Positions 23,824 to 37,963 of a stretch of 46,220 nt of DNA are shown one piece after another. The stretch's first letter is position 1. Every line of letters begins with the position of its first letter. This stretch comes from Patellaria atrata CBS 101060 (Eukaryota). The stretch is taken from positions 434,001 through 480,220 of the forward strand of contig MU006103.1 of NCBI GenBank assembly GCA_010093705.1, read 5' to 3'. The notes under the pieces were generated by a model. That model was not told where the DNA came from. It did not search any database and saw only the letters and a program-made list of their open reading frames with translations. The position numbers and the translations under genes were made by a program.

Positions 23824-24595
23824 TCATGAAGAAGCAGAATTCTTGGACTTGTCTTCGGCTCCAGGCTGATCTTTGCTAGATTTATTTGCATCCGGTTTCA
23901 GTGGTTTGATTAGATCCTTGGGGGTAGGTTGCGGTTCTGGTAGAGATTTACCTTGCTTGCTTTCCAAGGATGAAATCACCTTATCCAAGTGGACGAGATG
24001 AGTTTTTAAAGTCGCGTTTTCCGCTTCAAGTGCTTCTATTCTATCAGCAACTCCTTCTCTTCTATTACTTTCTTTCCGCCGAGATCTGAAATTTTCAAAA
24101 ATGATCAGTCCTCCTGCAACCAAGAAAAGGAAGGTCTCTGAGATGAAGTTTGCACCTGTCTCGATAGCCTTCGATTCCGAAAGGGGCCTTATCCTGACTG
24201 ATTTGTTTGCACCTTTCGCCTTTTCTGAAATCTCTCTCTTTTCCCGCGCGGCTGCAGACTCGTCGGCCTTCATCTGCGCTTCCGTTTTGACCGTGGGGAT
24301 TTGGGACTTTTTCCTCTTGGCTTCGGCTTCAGCCAGCTCTTTTGCGATTTGTCTCTCAATGACCGCTGGATCTTGTAGAAGGCCTAAACGCATTCTCATG
24401 TCCAAACGGTGCAGCCGTTGCGCAAAGCCAACGCAGAGTTTACGGAATCGTTCGTGATCGTGGGCATTTCTTTTGATATAGTTCTACTGAATGTTATGGT
24501 GAAGACTCTTAACACGGTAGTGGGCTATAGCTCACTCCAATTGGTTTAGCTAATGTCCTAATGACCAGCGACCCGATCTTGAGGGTAAGAGACAT
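23824..24595 (-). CDS. OPA3: OPA3-like mitochondrial protein
   Basis: MSLTLKIGSLVIRTLAKPIG|NYIKRNAHDHERFRKLCVGFAQRLHRLDMRM and IRPLSESKAIETGANFISETFLFLVAGGLIIFE, followed by a coiled coil; one intron. Confidence 0.92.
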
Positions 24596-25081
24596 GACTG
24601 CGAAAGTAAATGCGCCGTAAAAGGGTAGATTCGATGTATCGCAAGTCAGGTCATGGTCGCGTACAGTTAACAATTTGTCGACTCTATACGCGTGAGTCTA
24701 TGCGGAACCCATGGAAATTGAAAATGTGTGAGAGTAAGCGCAATGTATGTGGTAAGGTAGGTAAATTAGGTAGATGCTGATGGCTCCTATGAGGTACCGT
24801 ACGCTATCAAACTGCAGTGAAGACTGGTGAGGTTGTTGCCCGCGCTCGGAGATTTGTAATCCCTGCAATTTGGATACTATACCTTAGTCACAATTCTTCG
24901 TCTAAACTCAAATAGAACTAGCTCAGGAACAAGAGACGGAAAGTTCTCTTGGCATACCTGAGCTGAGCCGAGAACTTCGCATAGCAACCCCCGGGTCATT
25001 GTTTACTAACTCAGATTCTCAGTCCTACCTCAACCTCTAACCCACACCGAAACCAACGACAACGCGAATTTCTTCACCCCA

Positions 25082-27835
25082 ATGTCGGTCCACGCCGAAC
25101 CACCACCACAGCTAGTCAGCGAACCTGTCGGGGGAATTCAATATGCAACCGGAGCACAGCTGGGAAAAGGCGGATTCGCTATCTGCCATCGGGCAGAGAG
25201 ACTGGATGGCGGACATCCGACAGGCCACATCTTAGCATTAAAAATCGTCAAGTCGAAGATGGAACCTCTGAAGCTTGCACAGAAAGTAAGTTCGGCCTTA
25301 CCCCTTCGATTGTGCTTTGCACTCACTGGTGCTTAGTTCGTTACTGAAATGCAAATACACTCGAGACTTCACCACAAAAACATCGTCAATTTCTATCGGG
25401 CATTCGCTTTCGGAGAAAGTACATATGTCGTCTTAGAGCTATGCGAGAATGGCTCCCTGGCTGATGCTCTCAAACAACGGAAATATTTTACCATGCCTGA
25501 GATCCGGAGGTTCGTGATCCAGACCTGCGGTGCTGTTAAATACCTGCACCATCGGAATATCGTACACCGAGACTTGAAGACAGGGAATCTCTTTCTAGAC
25601 AAGCACATGAACATAAAAGTTGGTGACTTTGGCCTTGCAGCAGTCCTCGTTTCGAAGAACGACGTCAAGTCGCGTCGGATCACAATGTGTGGGACTCCTA
25701 ACTACCTAGCGCCGGAGATACTCGAAAAGGGTGGGCAAGGTCATAACGAAAAGGTCGACCTATGGGCCATTGGAATCATTGCGTAAGTCGACATCTCCAA
25801 CTCAGATTCATTCAGTGCTAAAAGTGCTTAGATATACGCTTGCAGTCGGAAAAGCGCCATTTCATGCAGCCAAGAGGGAGGAGATCTACAAGAAATTACA
25901 GGCTCGCGACTACAAATGGCCTGAGCTCAACAAGTGCGTGAACGACATATCTAGTGACTTGAGAGATCTCGTGAGTTCGCTTCTAGTGCATGAGGACGAG
26001 AGACCCACGCCAGATCAAATAGTCAGCCATGCTTTCTTCAAGTTATCTTTTGTACCCCTTCAGCTTGACAGCAGTTACACCTCTCGGGTCCCGAAGTGGT
26101 CTAACATAAGGCCTCCAACCCCGGAAGCAATTGCTAAAGGATACTCGGAATCCTGGTATAAGTTATGTCAAGAATCTGGGGTTGGGGAGTACGAACCTGG
26201 AAAGGTATTTCCGGTTGCGAATGGCAAAAAATTGAGATCAATTGTTAGAGAGATAGAGAAAGAAGTCACAGCAGGTCTCCATCCAGCGGTACCGTTTTCA
26301 CCTACAATGGTGTACGTACCTTTTCCCGAACGATTAGGTTGGACAAGCCCCAAAAGTGAGTCAGCGAAGGTAGTCTCAGAGGAAAAGGGGTACTCTGCGG
26401 ACGGCAGATGTCTCACGGAGATATGCGCAAATGATCGGGAACAGCTTCCTGTCAAGAGGACACGAGATAAAACCCTGGAATCAAGAAGTTGGAAGGAAAA
26501 GGTTGAACCAGTCATTCATACTGAAGCAAGAGATATAGAGGAGCAACCCAAACGGAGTAGAACGATGAACAAAACACTCGTCAAGACGACCGAGCCAACG
26601 GTTAAACGATCTACGTCCCGAAAAATATCTACAAAGCGGCCTGTTGCTACACGCACGGTTAAAGCAATATCTATTAATGCGGTAGAATCGTTAGAGCCAA
26701 GCACAGAAAATAGACCAAGTAGCGATGAAGTGCAGGATCTGATACAAGAAAACAAACCTATGAGTGGAAGTGCGAAGAGTACTCGGGAGACAGTTCCAAA
26801 CAAGGAACTTCCAGCAGTATCATTGACGGACCCGGTTACTGTCCTTGACAGAGTATCCAAGCTTCGAGATACTCTGGCCCAGACTTTATCAAAAAAGACA
26901 ACAGTATCTAGCCGTGCCCCGCCAGTCTCTCGTTTGCCTTTCGTATCAAAGTGGGTGGACTATTCAAGGAAACATGGTATTGCATATGTCCTCGAAGACG
27001 GCACCATTGGTTGCGTCCTTAATGCTACTATCCGAGATCCGGTCACTCATGTTGTTGTACGGTCCGGTTATAAGCATTTAAGGCAATTCGGGCAGGATTC
27101 AGAATACATTGATCAGATACCGGTAGAATACTATGCAGACTGTGGATCGGAAGGTATACGACGTGTTAATGTAGAGAGAGAACGTCATCGATCGATAATG
27201 ATCCTATGGAAGAAGTTTGGAAGATATATGTGCCAACAGCTAGGGCAAAGCGAAGGTAGAGAGGCAGGGAAAGCCCAACCACCTGGAACGCAACCTTTTG
27301 TCAGATTCTACCAGCGATTGGGTGCCGTCGGAATATGGGGTTTCAGTGACGGATCATTTCAGGTATTTTTCTCATTTTTTTAACCGTTTTAATGGGTTCT
27401 GGCGTCATGTACTGGGCCTGTTGCTGATCCTTTTAGTTCAACTTCCCCGATCACACTAAACTTGTGGTATCTGCCGATGGTAGGCACTCTAATTTCACCT
27501 ACCACTCCGATGAGGCGGTAGCATACTTGGAAAAGTTCAGAGACCTTCCGCTTGAGATTATGGGACAGAGGAATGTTTCCACCGACACCCTATATGCTAT
27601 GCTATATGGGAGTTCAGTGTCAGTGAATTCAGAGACGGTTAGGACGATGAAAGCCAATCACCTGAGAACCAAGGTTCGTTTCATAATAGAACTAGCGGAG
27701 CAATGGATATCAGGACATGGGCTGGGGTGTCGCCCATACGATGCAGAACCTGTTGTTTGGAGAGGCCCTAAAGTTGATGATGGCAAAAAGCAGGACTGGG
27801 TAACGGTCGGTCGCTTTGGTGGAGATAGTACATAA
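25082..27835 (+). CDS. Polo-like Ser/Thr kinase (Cdc5/PlkA family)
   Basis: GKGGFA, LALKIV, HRDLKTGNLFL, GDFGLA, TMCGTPNYLAPE; polo boxes FVSKWVDYSRKHG and FQ|FNFPDHTKLVV (His/Lys pincer); three introns. A possible extra 5' exon (ATG ~24780, donor 24794, acceptor 25014) would join in frame, so the start is uncertain. Confidence 0.93.
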
Positions 27836-28440
27836 GGGGTCATGACGGCGTTAATGAGGAAAATATTTAAGGCGTATTGTTAGGATTTTGGATCTTGACA
27901 AATTCGGGCGGTGGAAGGAAGGCATAGCAAGGTGTTTTGGCGCATTTCTATTATATATGTATAGGACAGAAACCTGGAGGGCAACAGGATGTTATTTGTA
28001 TATCCATACCGATGCATGTACCTTAATGTAATACAAGTGGAAGATTTAGGTTAAGACGTACCCGACGTACATTTACCTTTGTATCCAATTGAAATATGCT
28101 GAAGCCGGTCTTGGCAGCATTACATTGTACGCGAATGTGCAGTGTGGCTGAGGCTGATAGAACGTACAGTACGGTAGCCCATCGTACCTGAAGTGTGACG
28201 TTCAATAAGGTAGATCTTCAAGACATCCGCCTGTCGCCAGAAATATTTCAACCCAAATCTTTCTGCAAAAAAATACCATTTGTTTTCCATAACTACTACG
28301 CGCTCAACCTCACACAAACTTCCGACAGGGCAGCCTTTATACTGCAGTAGTCTTCAACACTCGGCCGGCCAGTCATATTGACCGCGATTCCGTTTTCCAC
28401 CTCCGGCTGTCCAGTTTGGAGGCAGTAACTGTCCGCATTC

Positions 28441-31400
28441 ATGGTATACCTAATTTCGTCTACTTAGAGCCATACAATTGTATTCTAATGGCTACTCCAT
28501 AGGCGGTTACCAAGCGCGCAGGTCGGAAAAAAGATGCCAGTAATACCAAACAGTCTGCCAGCGGGGCGGGAAAAGGACCAGTCAAGAAGGCAGTATTTGA
28601 GAGCACGAAGAAGAAAGAGGTTGGAGTATCGGATCTCACACTGATCAGTAAGATCTCGAACGAGGCCATCAACGACAATTTGAAGAAGAGATTTGAGAAT
28701 AAGGAGATATATGTATGTTACGATATAATGAGATCGCGACGCAAGCATCCTCGTGATCCCAAAGACATATATATGGCAACAGACTCTGATATTGCTTTAG
28801 ACTTATATCGGCCATGTGCTCGTCTCGGTCAATCCATTTCGAGACTGTATGTTATCCATCTGTTTCGCGTGTATTCATACGCTGACATTTAGCAGTAGGA
28901 ATTTATACGGACCAAGTTCTGGAAAGCTATAAGGGAAAGAATAGGTTAGAGGTCAGTATAACATATCAGCCTATAGAATTGGTACTGATCAATGAAGATG
29001 CCCCCACACGTTTTCGCTATCGCCGAATCATCCTACTACAATATGAATGCCTACAAGGAGAATCAGTGCATCATCATCTCTGGAGAATCGGGAGCGGGAA
29101 AAACAGAAGCAGCTAAAAGGATTATGCAATACATTGCGAACGTGTCTGGAGGGAGCAATTCTTCTATCCAGGAGATCAAAAACATGGTACTCGCGACAAA
29201 TCCACTCTTAGAATCTTTCGGTAACGCGAAGACTCTAAGAAATAATAACTCTTCCCGATTTGGGAAATACCTAGAAATACAGTTCAATGCACAAGGAGAG
29301 CCCGTCGGTGCAAATATTAACAATTACCTTCTTGAAAAGACCCGAGTAGTAGGGCAAATCCAAAACGAGCGTAATTTTCACATATTCTATCAGTTTACGA
29401 AAGCAGCCTCTTCAAATTATCGAGGTGGGTGATCCTAAACGTCCTTAGAGAGGTAATAAAGCTAATACTCTGAAAGAGACATTTGGGGTCCAACAACCAC
29501 AGTCATATGTGTACACAAGCAAATCTAAATGTTATGATGTTGATGGCATCAATGACCATGCTGAATTCAAAGATACCTTGGAAGCTATGAAAATAATCGG
29601 GCTCTCGCAAGGCGAGCAAGACAACATTTTCCGCATGTTAGCCGCCGTTTTGTGGTTAGGAAATGTCGATTTTGGAGAGAACGATGAAGGAAATGCAGCG
29701 ATCCGGGACCAGTCCGTGGTTGACTTTGTTGCATACCTCTTGGAAGTGGAGGCTTCCCATGTTAACAAAGCCCTTACTCAAAGAGTGGTAGAAACAAGCC
29801 GGGGCGGTCGTAGAGGATCAGTATACGATGTTCCACTAAACCCTGCGCAAGCGATAGCAGTTCGTGATGCTCTATCCAAAGCTATTTACCATAACATGTT
29901 CGATTGGATAGTAGAGAGAGTCAATGCTTCTCTGAAAGCTCGAGGCGCCCTTGCGCATTCCATTGGTATCCTCGATATTTACGGATTCGAAATTTTCGAA
30001 CGGAACAGTTTCGAGCAACTTTGTATTAACTATGTCAATGAAAAACTACAGCAGATTTTCATCCAGTTGACTCTCAAGACAGAACAAGAGGAATATGCCC
30101 GAGAACAGATTCAGTGGACACCGATCAAATATTTTGACAACAAAGTCGTTTGCGAATTAATAGAGGAAAAGAGACCGCCTGGAGTTTTTGCAGCATTAAA
30201 CGATGCATGTGCTACTGCGCATGCTGACCCTGGTGCTGCAGATCAGACTTTCGTTCAAAGACTGAATGCACTATCTTCAAATACGAATTTCCAGCCCCGC
30301 CAAGGTCAATTCATCATCAAACACTATGCTGGAGATGTCTCTTATGCAGTCGAGGGGATGACGGATAAAAACAAGGACCAGTTGCTAAAGGACTTGCTGC
30401 TGCTGGTCGGGCAGAGTTCGAATACGTTTGTACACACTCTATTTCCAGACCAAGTCGACACCGATAATAGGCGACGACCTCCAACAGCAGGTGATAAGAT
30501 CAAAGCATCTGCTAATGACTTGGTCTCCACCTTGATGAAAGCATCACCTTCTTATATCCGAACCATAAAGCCTAACGAAAACAAATCACCAACCGAGTAC
30601 AATTCTCAGAATGTTCTACATCAAATCAAATACCTTGGGTTGCAAGAGAACGTTCGTATTCGGCGAGCTGGATTCGCCTATCGGCAAACTTTCGAAAAGT
30701 TTGTGGAGCGATTCTATCTCCTTTCGCCGAAGACCTCGTACGCAGGGGAATACACCTGGACTGGAGATTATCAAACAGGGGCGAAGCAGATCCTGAAAGA
30801 CACCAGCATCCCTATGGAAGAATACCAGATGGGCGTCACCAAGGCATTCATCAAGACTCCCGAAACCTTATTTGCACTCGAGACAATGCGAGATAGGTAT
30901 TGGCACAATATGGCCATCAGAATCCAAAGGGCGTGGCGCAACTATTTACGTTATAGGACGGAATGTGCTATCCGTATTCAACGATTCTGGCGTAAGCTAA
31001 AAGGGGGCTTAGAATATATTCAGCTCCGTGACTATGGTCATCAAGTCCTCGCTGGACGAAAAGAAAGACGACGATTCAGCCTGATCGGATCCAGAAGATT
31101 CCTGGGCGATTATCTAGGAATAAATAATCGGGGTGGACCGGGAGAAATGATCCGAAGCTCTATCAACATGAGTGGGAATGAGAATTGTCTGTTCTCGTGC
31201 AGAGCTGAGGTTCTAGTCTCTAAACTCGGTCGATCTAGTAAACCGGAACCCCGTACCCTCATCCTGTCGAACAAAAATATTTATATCTTGAAGCAAGTGC
31301 TAGTGAACCGTCAGGTATCAATCCAAACTGAAAGGTGCATCTCCATAGGAGCTATACGCTTTGTTGGTACATCGAACCTGAAGGATGACTGGTTCTCGAT

Positions 31401-32543
31401 TTCCGCGGGAGCACAGCAGGAACCTGATCCGCTCGTCACTTGCGTGTTAAAGACGGAATTCTTTACACATTTGAAACAGGTCAACAGAGGATTAGATTTA
31501 CGGATAAAGGACTCGTACGTAACCCTGTATATTTCAGACTACAGTGCTAATGAGTATACAGTATTGAATACAACAAAAAGCCAGGTAAACCTGCAGTCGT
31601 CAAGGTCGTCAAGGATCCTGCTGTACCCCGGGATGACCTGTACAAGAGTGGTACAATACACACTGGGCCAGGAGAACCAGCAAACTCGGTCTCCAAACCT
31701 ACCCCACGTGGGAAACAGGTTGCCAGCAAACCTATCACTAAAGGCAAGCTTTTACGCCCAGGAGGACCAGGAGGAGCTCCTTCAAAGCTTGCTTCTCGTC
31801 CCGCACAACCAAGAGCAAATCCTCAAGCCAATGTCCAGACCACTGTCCAGGCAAACCAAACTAGACCAATTCCCCAACCGATTGCGGCACTCAATGATAG
31901 TGCCGGTCATTCGCGCAACCTATCATCTTCCTCAGCAAACGCTGTGCGTCAACCCCCGCCTCCCCCACCAGTTGCACCCCCTGCCCCTAAGGAACCGACT
32001 TATCGCGCTTTGTACGATTTCACCGGCCAAAGCAGCGGCGAATTAAGTGTTAAACAAGGAGAAGTCATCATTGTAACGCAGAAGGAAGGCAATGGTATGT
32101 TCTTTGTCCACAATCGTGACTCTAGTTATATTCTCATTTCAATAGGATGGTGGCTTGCTCGTCGCTTGGATAGCTCAGCATCAGGCTGGGCACCGTCTGC
32201 ATACTTAGAAGAACATATCGCAAAACCCACACCCCCACCTCCTCCACCTGTTGCGGCGCGACCCGTCCCTACTCCCCCTACCGCAGCATCTGGTAACTTA
32301 GCAAATGGTTCAACAGGTGCTCGTGCCAAACCCGGTCCACCAGTTCCTCCTGCAAAACGTCCCGCTGCGAAGAAACCGACACCAGCAGCGGCGCCCCGTG
32401 ATAGTGGATATTCGGGAAGCGGAGCGAGCGGCACTGATACGCCTAGGGATAGTAGTGGTAGTCTAGCGGGCGGGTTGGCGGAAGCTTTAAGGCAAAGACA
32501 AGCAGCGATGCACGCACGAAAGGATGATGAAGATGAATGGTGA
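28441..32543 (+). CDS. myoA: Class I myosin (MyoA/Myo1)
   Basis: The first coding exon is the ATG alone, then AVTKRAGR...[12 protein letters not shown]-loop [21 protein letters not shown]-site RRGSVY, DIYGFE, two IQ motifs, TH1, Pro-rich region, SH3 (YRALYDF...GWW...GWAPSAYLE) and acidic DDEDEW end. Confidence 0.97.
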
Positions 32544-34004
32544 TTTTACGATATTGCATACTCGCCTTGTTTCATGGTTTTTGGAGTTATTTATATGTTC
32601 CAAAGGTATTCAATTTTCCCTGCTCTAGAGGAATGTAGAGAAAATAGCGTTTCTTGGTAGCCACTTTTTGGTTCTGGCGCTATATGGAAATGAATTTTAT
32701 AATGCGGCGATCACAATGGTGATTGGAACACGGCCATAAAATTCGTAGGTCTCTCTTGAGTCTCAACATGTGCTTGCCGCTAAGCTAGGATAATAAGGAT
32801 GTACATGTTATGTATCTTAAGTATATCAGATATACCCGATGTTTTAGGGCGTAAAATTGATTGAATTCTTGGCGCTTTCACAACCAGCTCTACTTTTAAT
32901 ATTGAAAACATGTGCAGGTGAGAATTCGTGCTGATAACGTTTTGAATAACGGTGCAAATATCAGAATGGGACGATTGGTGGTGGAGGTAAAGTCGTATAC
33001 ATGAGTGTAACGGTACGAGGCCCGATACATCCGTAAGTAGCAGCACCTAACCTTCGTTTAGAACTTGACAGGTATCTAACAGATTTCTCAATCAATAGCA
33101 AAACCCTTTCTCCAATCCCCACGCCTGTTTCCCGCGTATAATCAATTTACCCGCCTTCCCGTCGAAGGTACATAGGAGTACGGCCAAGAGCCAGATAGTC
33201 ACCTTTTGCTCCTGATTCTTCGCCAAATCGTGCTCTCGGACGAGCCTCTCCGACGCCTTGCAGGACCGCTATCACCGTCGCTCTTCTCACTTCCTTTCTT
33301 GCGGCTGGACCGTGGACAAGCTTTCCATAACCCATGTACCATATCCTTCTACTCGAAATCACGTTGCGAAAGAGATTCGACAAAGGTCCGGTTCAAGTTA
33401 CTACTAATATTTCCCACTTACGGCAAGTAAAATCTAGTCGGCCACCGGTTCCTACAGTATCAAAGCCGAATCCACAGCACCACTACTACTGTATCCGCTA
33501 CGGTGGGGGGCTTTTAGGCTTGCAGCAGATTCAATGGATCCTCCCGGGCTATTGCCACAGTATCTCTCTTTCATGTCGTCGATCTAGATTGGCGGAACCT
33601 AAGATGTTCTATCTAGAGGCTGATCATGAAAAAGACTTGCAAGTTGCAGCACCATCAGCCGCCTAATTTTCGGGTATGGCTCGTTGGCGCCATCAGCCAA
33701 TTACTTTGAGACCCCTCTACAATGTATCCAGGACTCAATGTACAGTGATCACAGGGGTGATCCAGTTTCCGGATATTCAGCTGTTTTGGTACAGCTGTTC
33801 TGATGGAAACGCGTGCTCTGGTAGACGCTCGTTCAGAGCTGCAAGTAAGTACTAAAGACGAACAATCTACGCGGCCACTTGCTACCCAAGGCGTTTTTAC
33901 TTTTCTGCTCTGTGATCATATACAGCTAGGCGTTGCCGTGAGTGGAGAATATAAACGGATCTCGTCCAGAGTCTCCGGCCTACCACACAGAAATAATCCT
34001 GACA

Positions 34005-37000
34005 ATGGGCGAATCCAACCATGTCCCTGGTCTCTCAGCTACCATAATGAACGGGGACAGACTTATAAAGCATGATTCACATCAAGAATCCCCATCTACC
34101 CTGAAATCAACACTCTCCCAGAAAAAGTTTGAGGAAGAGAACATGACTGGAATTAAGATAAATGCCTTTGAGAATCAAAGGCCTGACGAGAGGGCCCGAG
34201 CGCTTGCCAGGAAGCTGACGTTGGATGAGCAGGTAAGTTATCATACCTTTACTTGAACCAAATATTTTACTAGCACTATACTCTTTTCACCTTTGGTTGA
34301 ACATCATGAACATGTTGTATTTCTGTGGTCCGATTTTCATACTCAGGGGCGTGAAGATTGCTAATGGGATTAGATCGGTTTGATCACGGGCGCCGACTTT
34401 TGGAGGACATTCGCAATACCAAGACTAGGAATACCTTCTATCAAAACTACAGACGGTCCTAATGGTGCTCGAGGCGAATTCTTCAAGAATGGTACGCCGG
34501 TAAGTAGATCATGTCTTTTGTACCGGGCATGACTAAGTATATGTAGGCAGCTTTGTTTCCGTGCGGTATTTCACTCGCTGCAACCTGGAATCTTGACCTT
34601 CTGGAGCAGGTTGGAAAGCAATTAGGGGAAGAAGCAAAGGCGCGTGGGGCAAATGTACTGCTCGCTCCGACTGTTTGCATGCACAGGTCCCCACTTGGTG
34701 GAAGAAACTTCGAATCGTTTTCTGAGGATCCATTCCTGACTGGAAAACTCGCCGCGTCCTATATCCGTGGACTTCAAAGTAAAAAGGTTGCTGCCACAAT
34801 TAAGCACTTTGTTGCAAATGAGCAAGAGACCGAGCGAATGCGCATAGATTCGATCGTCAGCGAAAGAGCATTGCGTGAGATCTACCTAAAACCCTTCGAA
34901 ATCGCTGTTAGAGAAAGTTCTCCCTGGGCCTTAATGAGCTCTTATAATCTAATAAACGGAGTTCATGCCGATCAGAATGAACATACTCTTAAAGACATTC
35001 TCCGGGGAGAGTGGAAATACGATGGGTAAGCTAGACTACACCCTTTAGAGCCCAATTCCGCATCGCTAAACTCATTCATCTCTCTTGTTATCCTTATAAT
35101 CGAATAATGTACTAATTAAAGACTAAAAGTATGGTTATGTCGGACTGGACAGGAACGAACTCGACCGCAGAAGCACTCCTTGCCGGTTGTGATTTGGAGA
35201 TGCCCATGGGACCAAAGACAAAACGAGGAAAACACATGCTTAAAGCTATTGCGGAAGGCAAACTTACGTGTTTTGACATAGAAAGGGCTGCTTCGAACGT
35301 ACTCTATCTGGTAGATAGAACTAAAGGGCTTAATGGACCACCGGAAACAGCTGAAAGAGCAGATGATAGAGCGGAAACCCGTCAACTCATTCGCCAGGCG
35401 GGTGTAGAGGGTCTTACTCTGCTCAAAAATGAAAATGAGACCCTACCGATCCGAAATGCGAACACCATTGCTATAATTGGACCGAATGCTAAAAGAGCAA
35501 TCGCAGGAGGAGGCGGCAGTGCCAGCTTGAATCCCTATTACACAACGACCCCGTTTGATGGGATTGCCGCTTGTTCAAATTCAAAGCTCCTATTTTCTCA
35601 AGGCTGCGATACAGCAAAGTGGCTTCCAGTTGCAGACGAGTACTGTACAACACCGTCAGGGAAACAAGGCGTGATAATGGAGTACTACAAGGGAGACAAA
35701 TTCAAGGGAGAACCATTCTCTGTACAACACAAACAAACAACTGAACTTTGGGTATGGGATTCTGCACCACAAGAAGTTCGGCCAGATTTTTCGTTCAGGG
35801 TCATCACCAAACTTACACCGAAGACAACTGGCCTACATACATTCAGCTTCGCCAGCGTTGGGCCTGGAAGATTGTTCATCAACGGGGAACTTTTCATTGA
35901 CAATTGGGAATGGGTAGAAGAGGGAGAAGCCATGTTTACAGCATCAAAGGACGTGGTAAAGTCTATCCGCTTGGAGGCAAATGTTCCCATCGACATTCTC
36001 GTTGAAAGCACATCAGAAATGCGACCAGTGTCGAAAATTGAACTTGAGGGGCAAACTCATGATTATGGCGGTTGCCGTATCGGATATGAGGAGGAGCCAC
36101 TAATTGATCTATTACAAGAAGCTGTGGATGTCGCTTCTGCAGCGGATGTCGCGATCCTATTCGTTGGCCTCGATGCAGAATGGGAATCCGAAGGTTACGA
36201 CCGACAAACCATGGATTTACCCAAGAACGGTAGCCAGGACAGATTAGTTGCTGCAGTTATGAAAGCCAATCCTCGAACAATTGTGGTCAATCAATCCGGG
36301 ACTCCTGTCAACATGCCATGGGTCGATCAAGTCCCGGCCATCCTACAGGCATGGTATCAAGGTCAGGAAGCTGGCAATGCTCTCGCTGAAGTTCTATTTG
36401 GTCACCAGAGTCCTAGCGGAAAATTACCAACAACATTTCCAAAGCGTCTTCAGGACAACCCCGCCTATCATAACTGGCCCGGCGAGAACTTGAAGGTAGT
36501 ATACGGTGAGGGTGTATATATTGGTTACAGACATTACGAGCGTGCTCAGGTAGAGCCCTTGTTTCCTTTTGGCCACGGCCTCACATACACCACCTTCTCT
36601 TATGGAAAGCCCAGCATCGATAACCCGGTATTGTCGGAATCTGGAACTATTAGAGTTACCGTCCCGATCACCAACACGGGCGACTTCCCAGCCCATGAGA
36701 TCGTCCAGGCATACGTGAAAGACATACAATCGAGGATCCCACGACCCGAGAAAGAGCTCAAAGGATTTGCAAAAGTGTTTTTGCAACCAAAAGAAACTAG
36801 CCACGTGGAATTATCTTTCAACAAACACGCTGTAGGATACTATGATACAGCACTAGCCGCTTGGATTGCCGAGGAAGGGCGTTTTGAGATCTTGATTGGG
36901 GCTTCATCAACAGATATAAGGTTCGATGCTGCCCTTAACTAAAGACACTTAACATCGTTAGCTAACATGGTATAGATGTACCATTGCCTTCGACGTGGTA

Positions 37001-37024
37001 GAATCGTTTACTTGGATTTTCTAG
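34005..37024 (+). CDS. GH3 beta-glucosidase with PA14 insert and FnIII-like domain; no signal peptide (intracellular type)
   Basis: KLTLDEQ|IGLITGADFW, TDGPNGARG, RSPLGGRNFESFSEDP, IKHFVANEQE, nucleophile VMSDW, WESEGYDR, VYGEGVYIGYRHY, KELKGFAKV; four introns; ends FTWIF-TAG at 37024. The start ATG is uncertain (34005, 34047 or 34143). Confidence 0.93.
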
Positions 37025-37963
37025 AGCAGCGAGAGATGGTTGTAAAATTACATGCATCCTTGCTGACATTTGGCGCAAGTTCCTGTTGTGAGGTTGGATT
37101 TGACGACCGGAGTTCGAGGCGCATTTCTCGCACAGTTTGTAGAGGTTGCTGATGATTTCCAGATTCCCCAAAAGATTAGGATTATAGGCTGTAGAGATTG
37201 GAGCGGAAGACAATGTCCTGATATTTTACCTGGGTTAAATTATACTTTCTATTGAAGTTGGCGCATCTTTGAGCAGCCGTTTCTCCCCGATGGATCCTTA
37301 TTGTGGTATGATGTATTAGCTCTAATGAATATCACCATTGAGGACGTCAAGCTCTACAGCAATATAAGGTATCTATAGCACAGTGTGAGTTGCCGTAGTC
37401 AACAGTTGTAAAATGTTGTAATGTTGTAGTCCTTTTAGAGAAGCTGATACGATAATAACTGGTTTTCGTCGTGCCAAGACGGTAATAGAAAGGTTCGGTC
37501 GGGACCGGAGAAATTATCCCCTGTCGCGGGTTGCGATTATGCTATGAATGAAGTATTGAGCAAAGCTCAGGCTGTATCTCCCTTTACCATCTGAACAGAG
37601 CTCTGCAACTGCACTTTCTTCATTCTTGCCATATAACCATCATACTGATAGGTATTGCGAAACTCCTTAAGGTTCTTGATTTGCAGTCTGAGAAGTCTTT
37701 GCGATCTACTTTGCGATCCAGTCCCTGGTTTTCTGGGTGACCTTCCGTCGCGTCTCCACACCTTTGTCAGAACAGACTTTACTCACAATCTGAGCCCTCT
37801 TTACATCTATTTCACCCTCGAATACGGACTGAAGATAAATTCAAGATCTGCGATCTTCCGTCTGGACTTTGCGATGTCCGCATGAGCAACTTCTCCTTAC
37901 CTCTATTCCGCGGTTTTAACATACGTTGCGCAAGCTTCTCCCTGACTACTTTACATTTTGAAC

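Noticed and set aside
14595..32543. Apparent cytoskeleton/cell-cycle cluster (tubulin, polo kinase, myosin I, Spo16-like, with kinesin nearby)
   Set aside because: Interspersed with unrelated genes, and I saw no shared regulatory motif; ordinary gene-order coincidence cannot be excluded.
32780..33940. Short ORFs between myosin I and the GH3 gene
   Set aside because: No protein motifs; the region looks like the GH3 promoter (CGG triplets and a CreA-like GTGGGG at ~33503), too degenerate to call individually.
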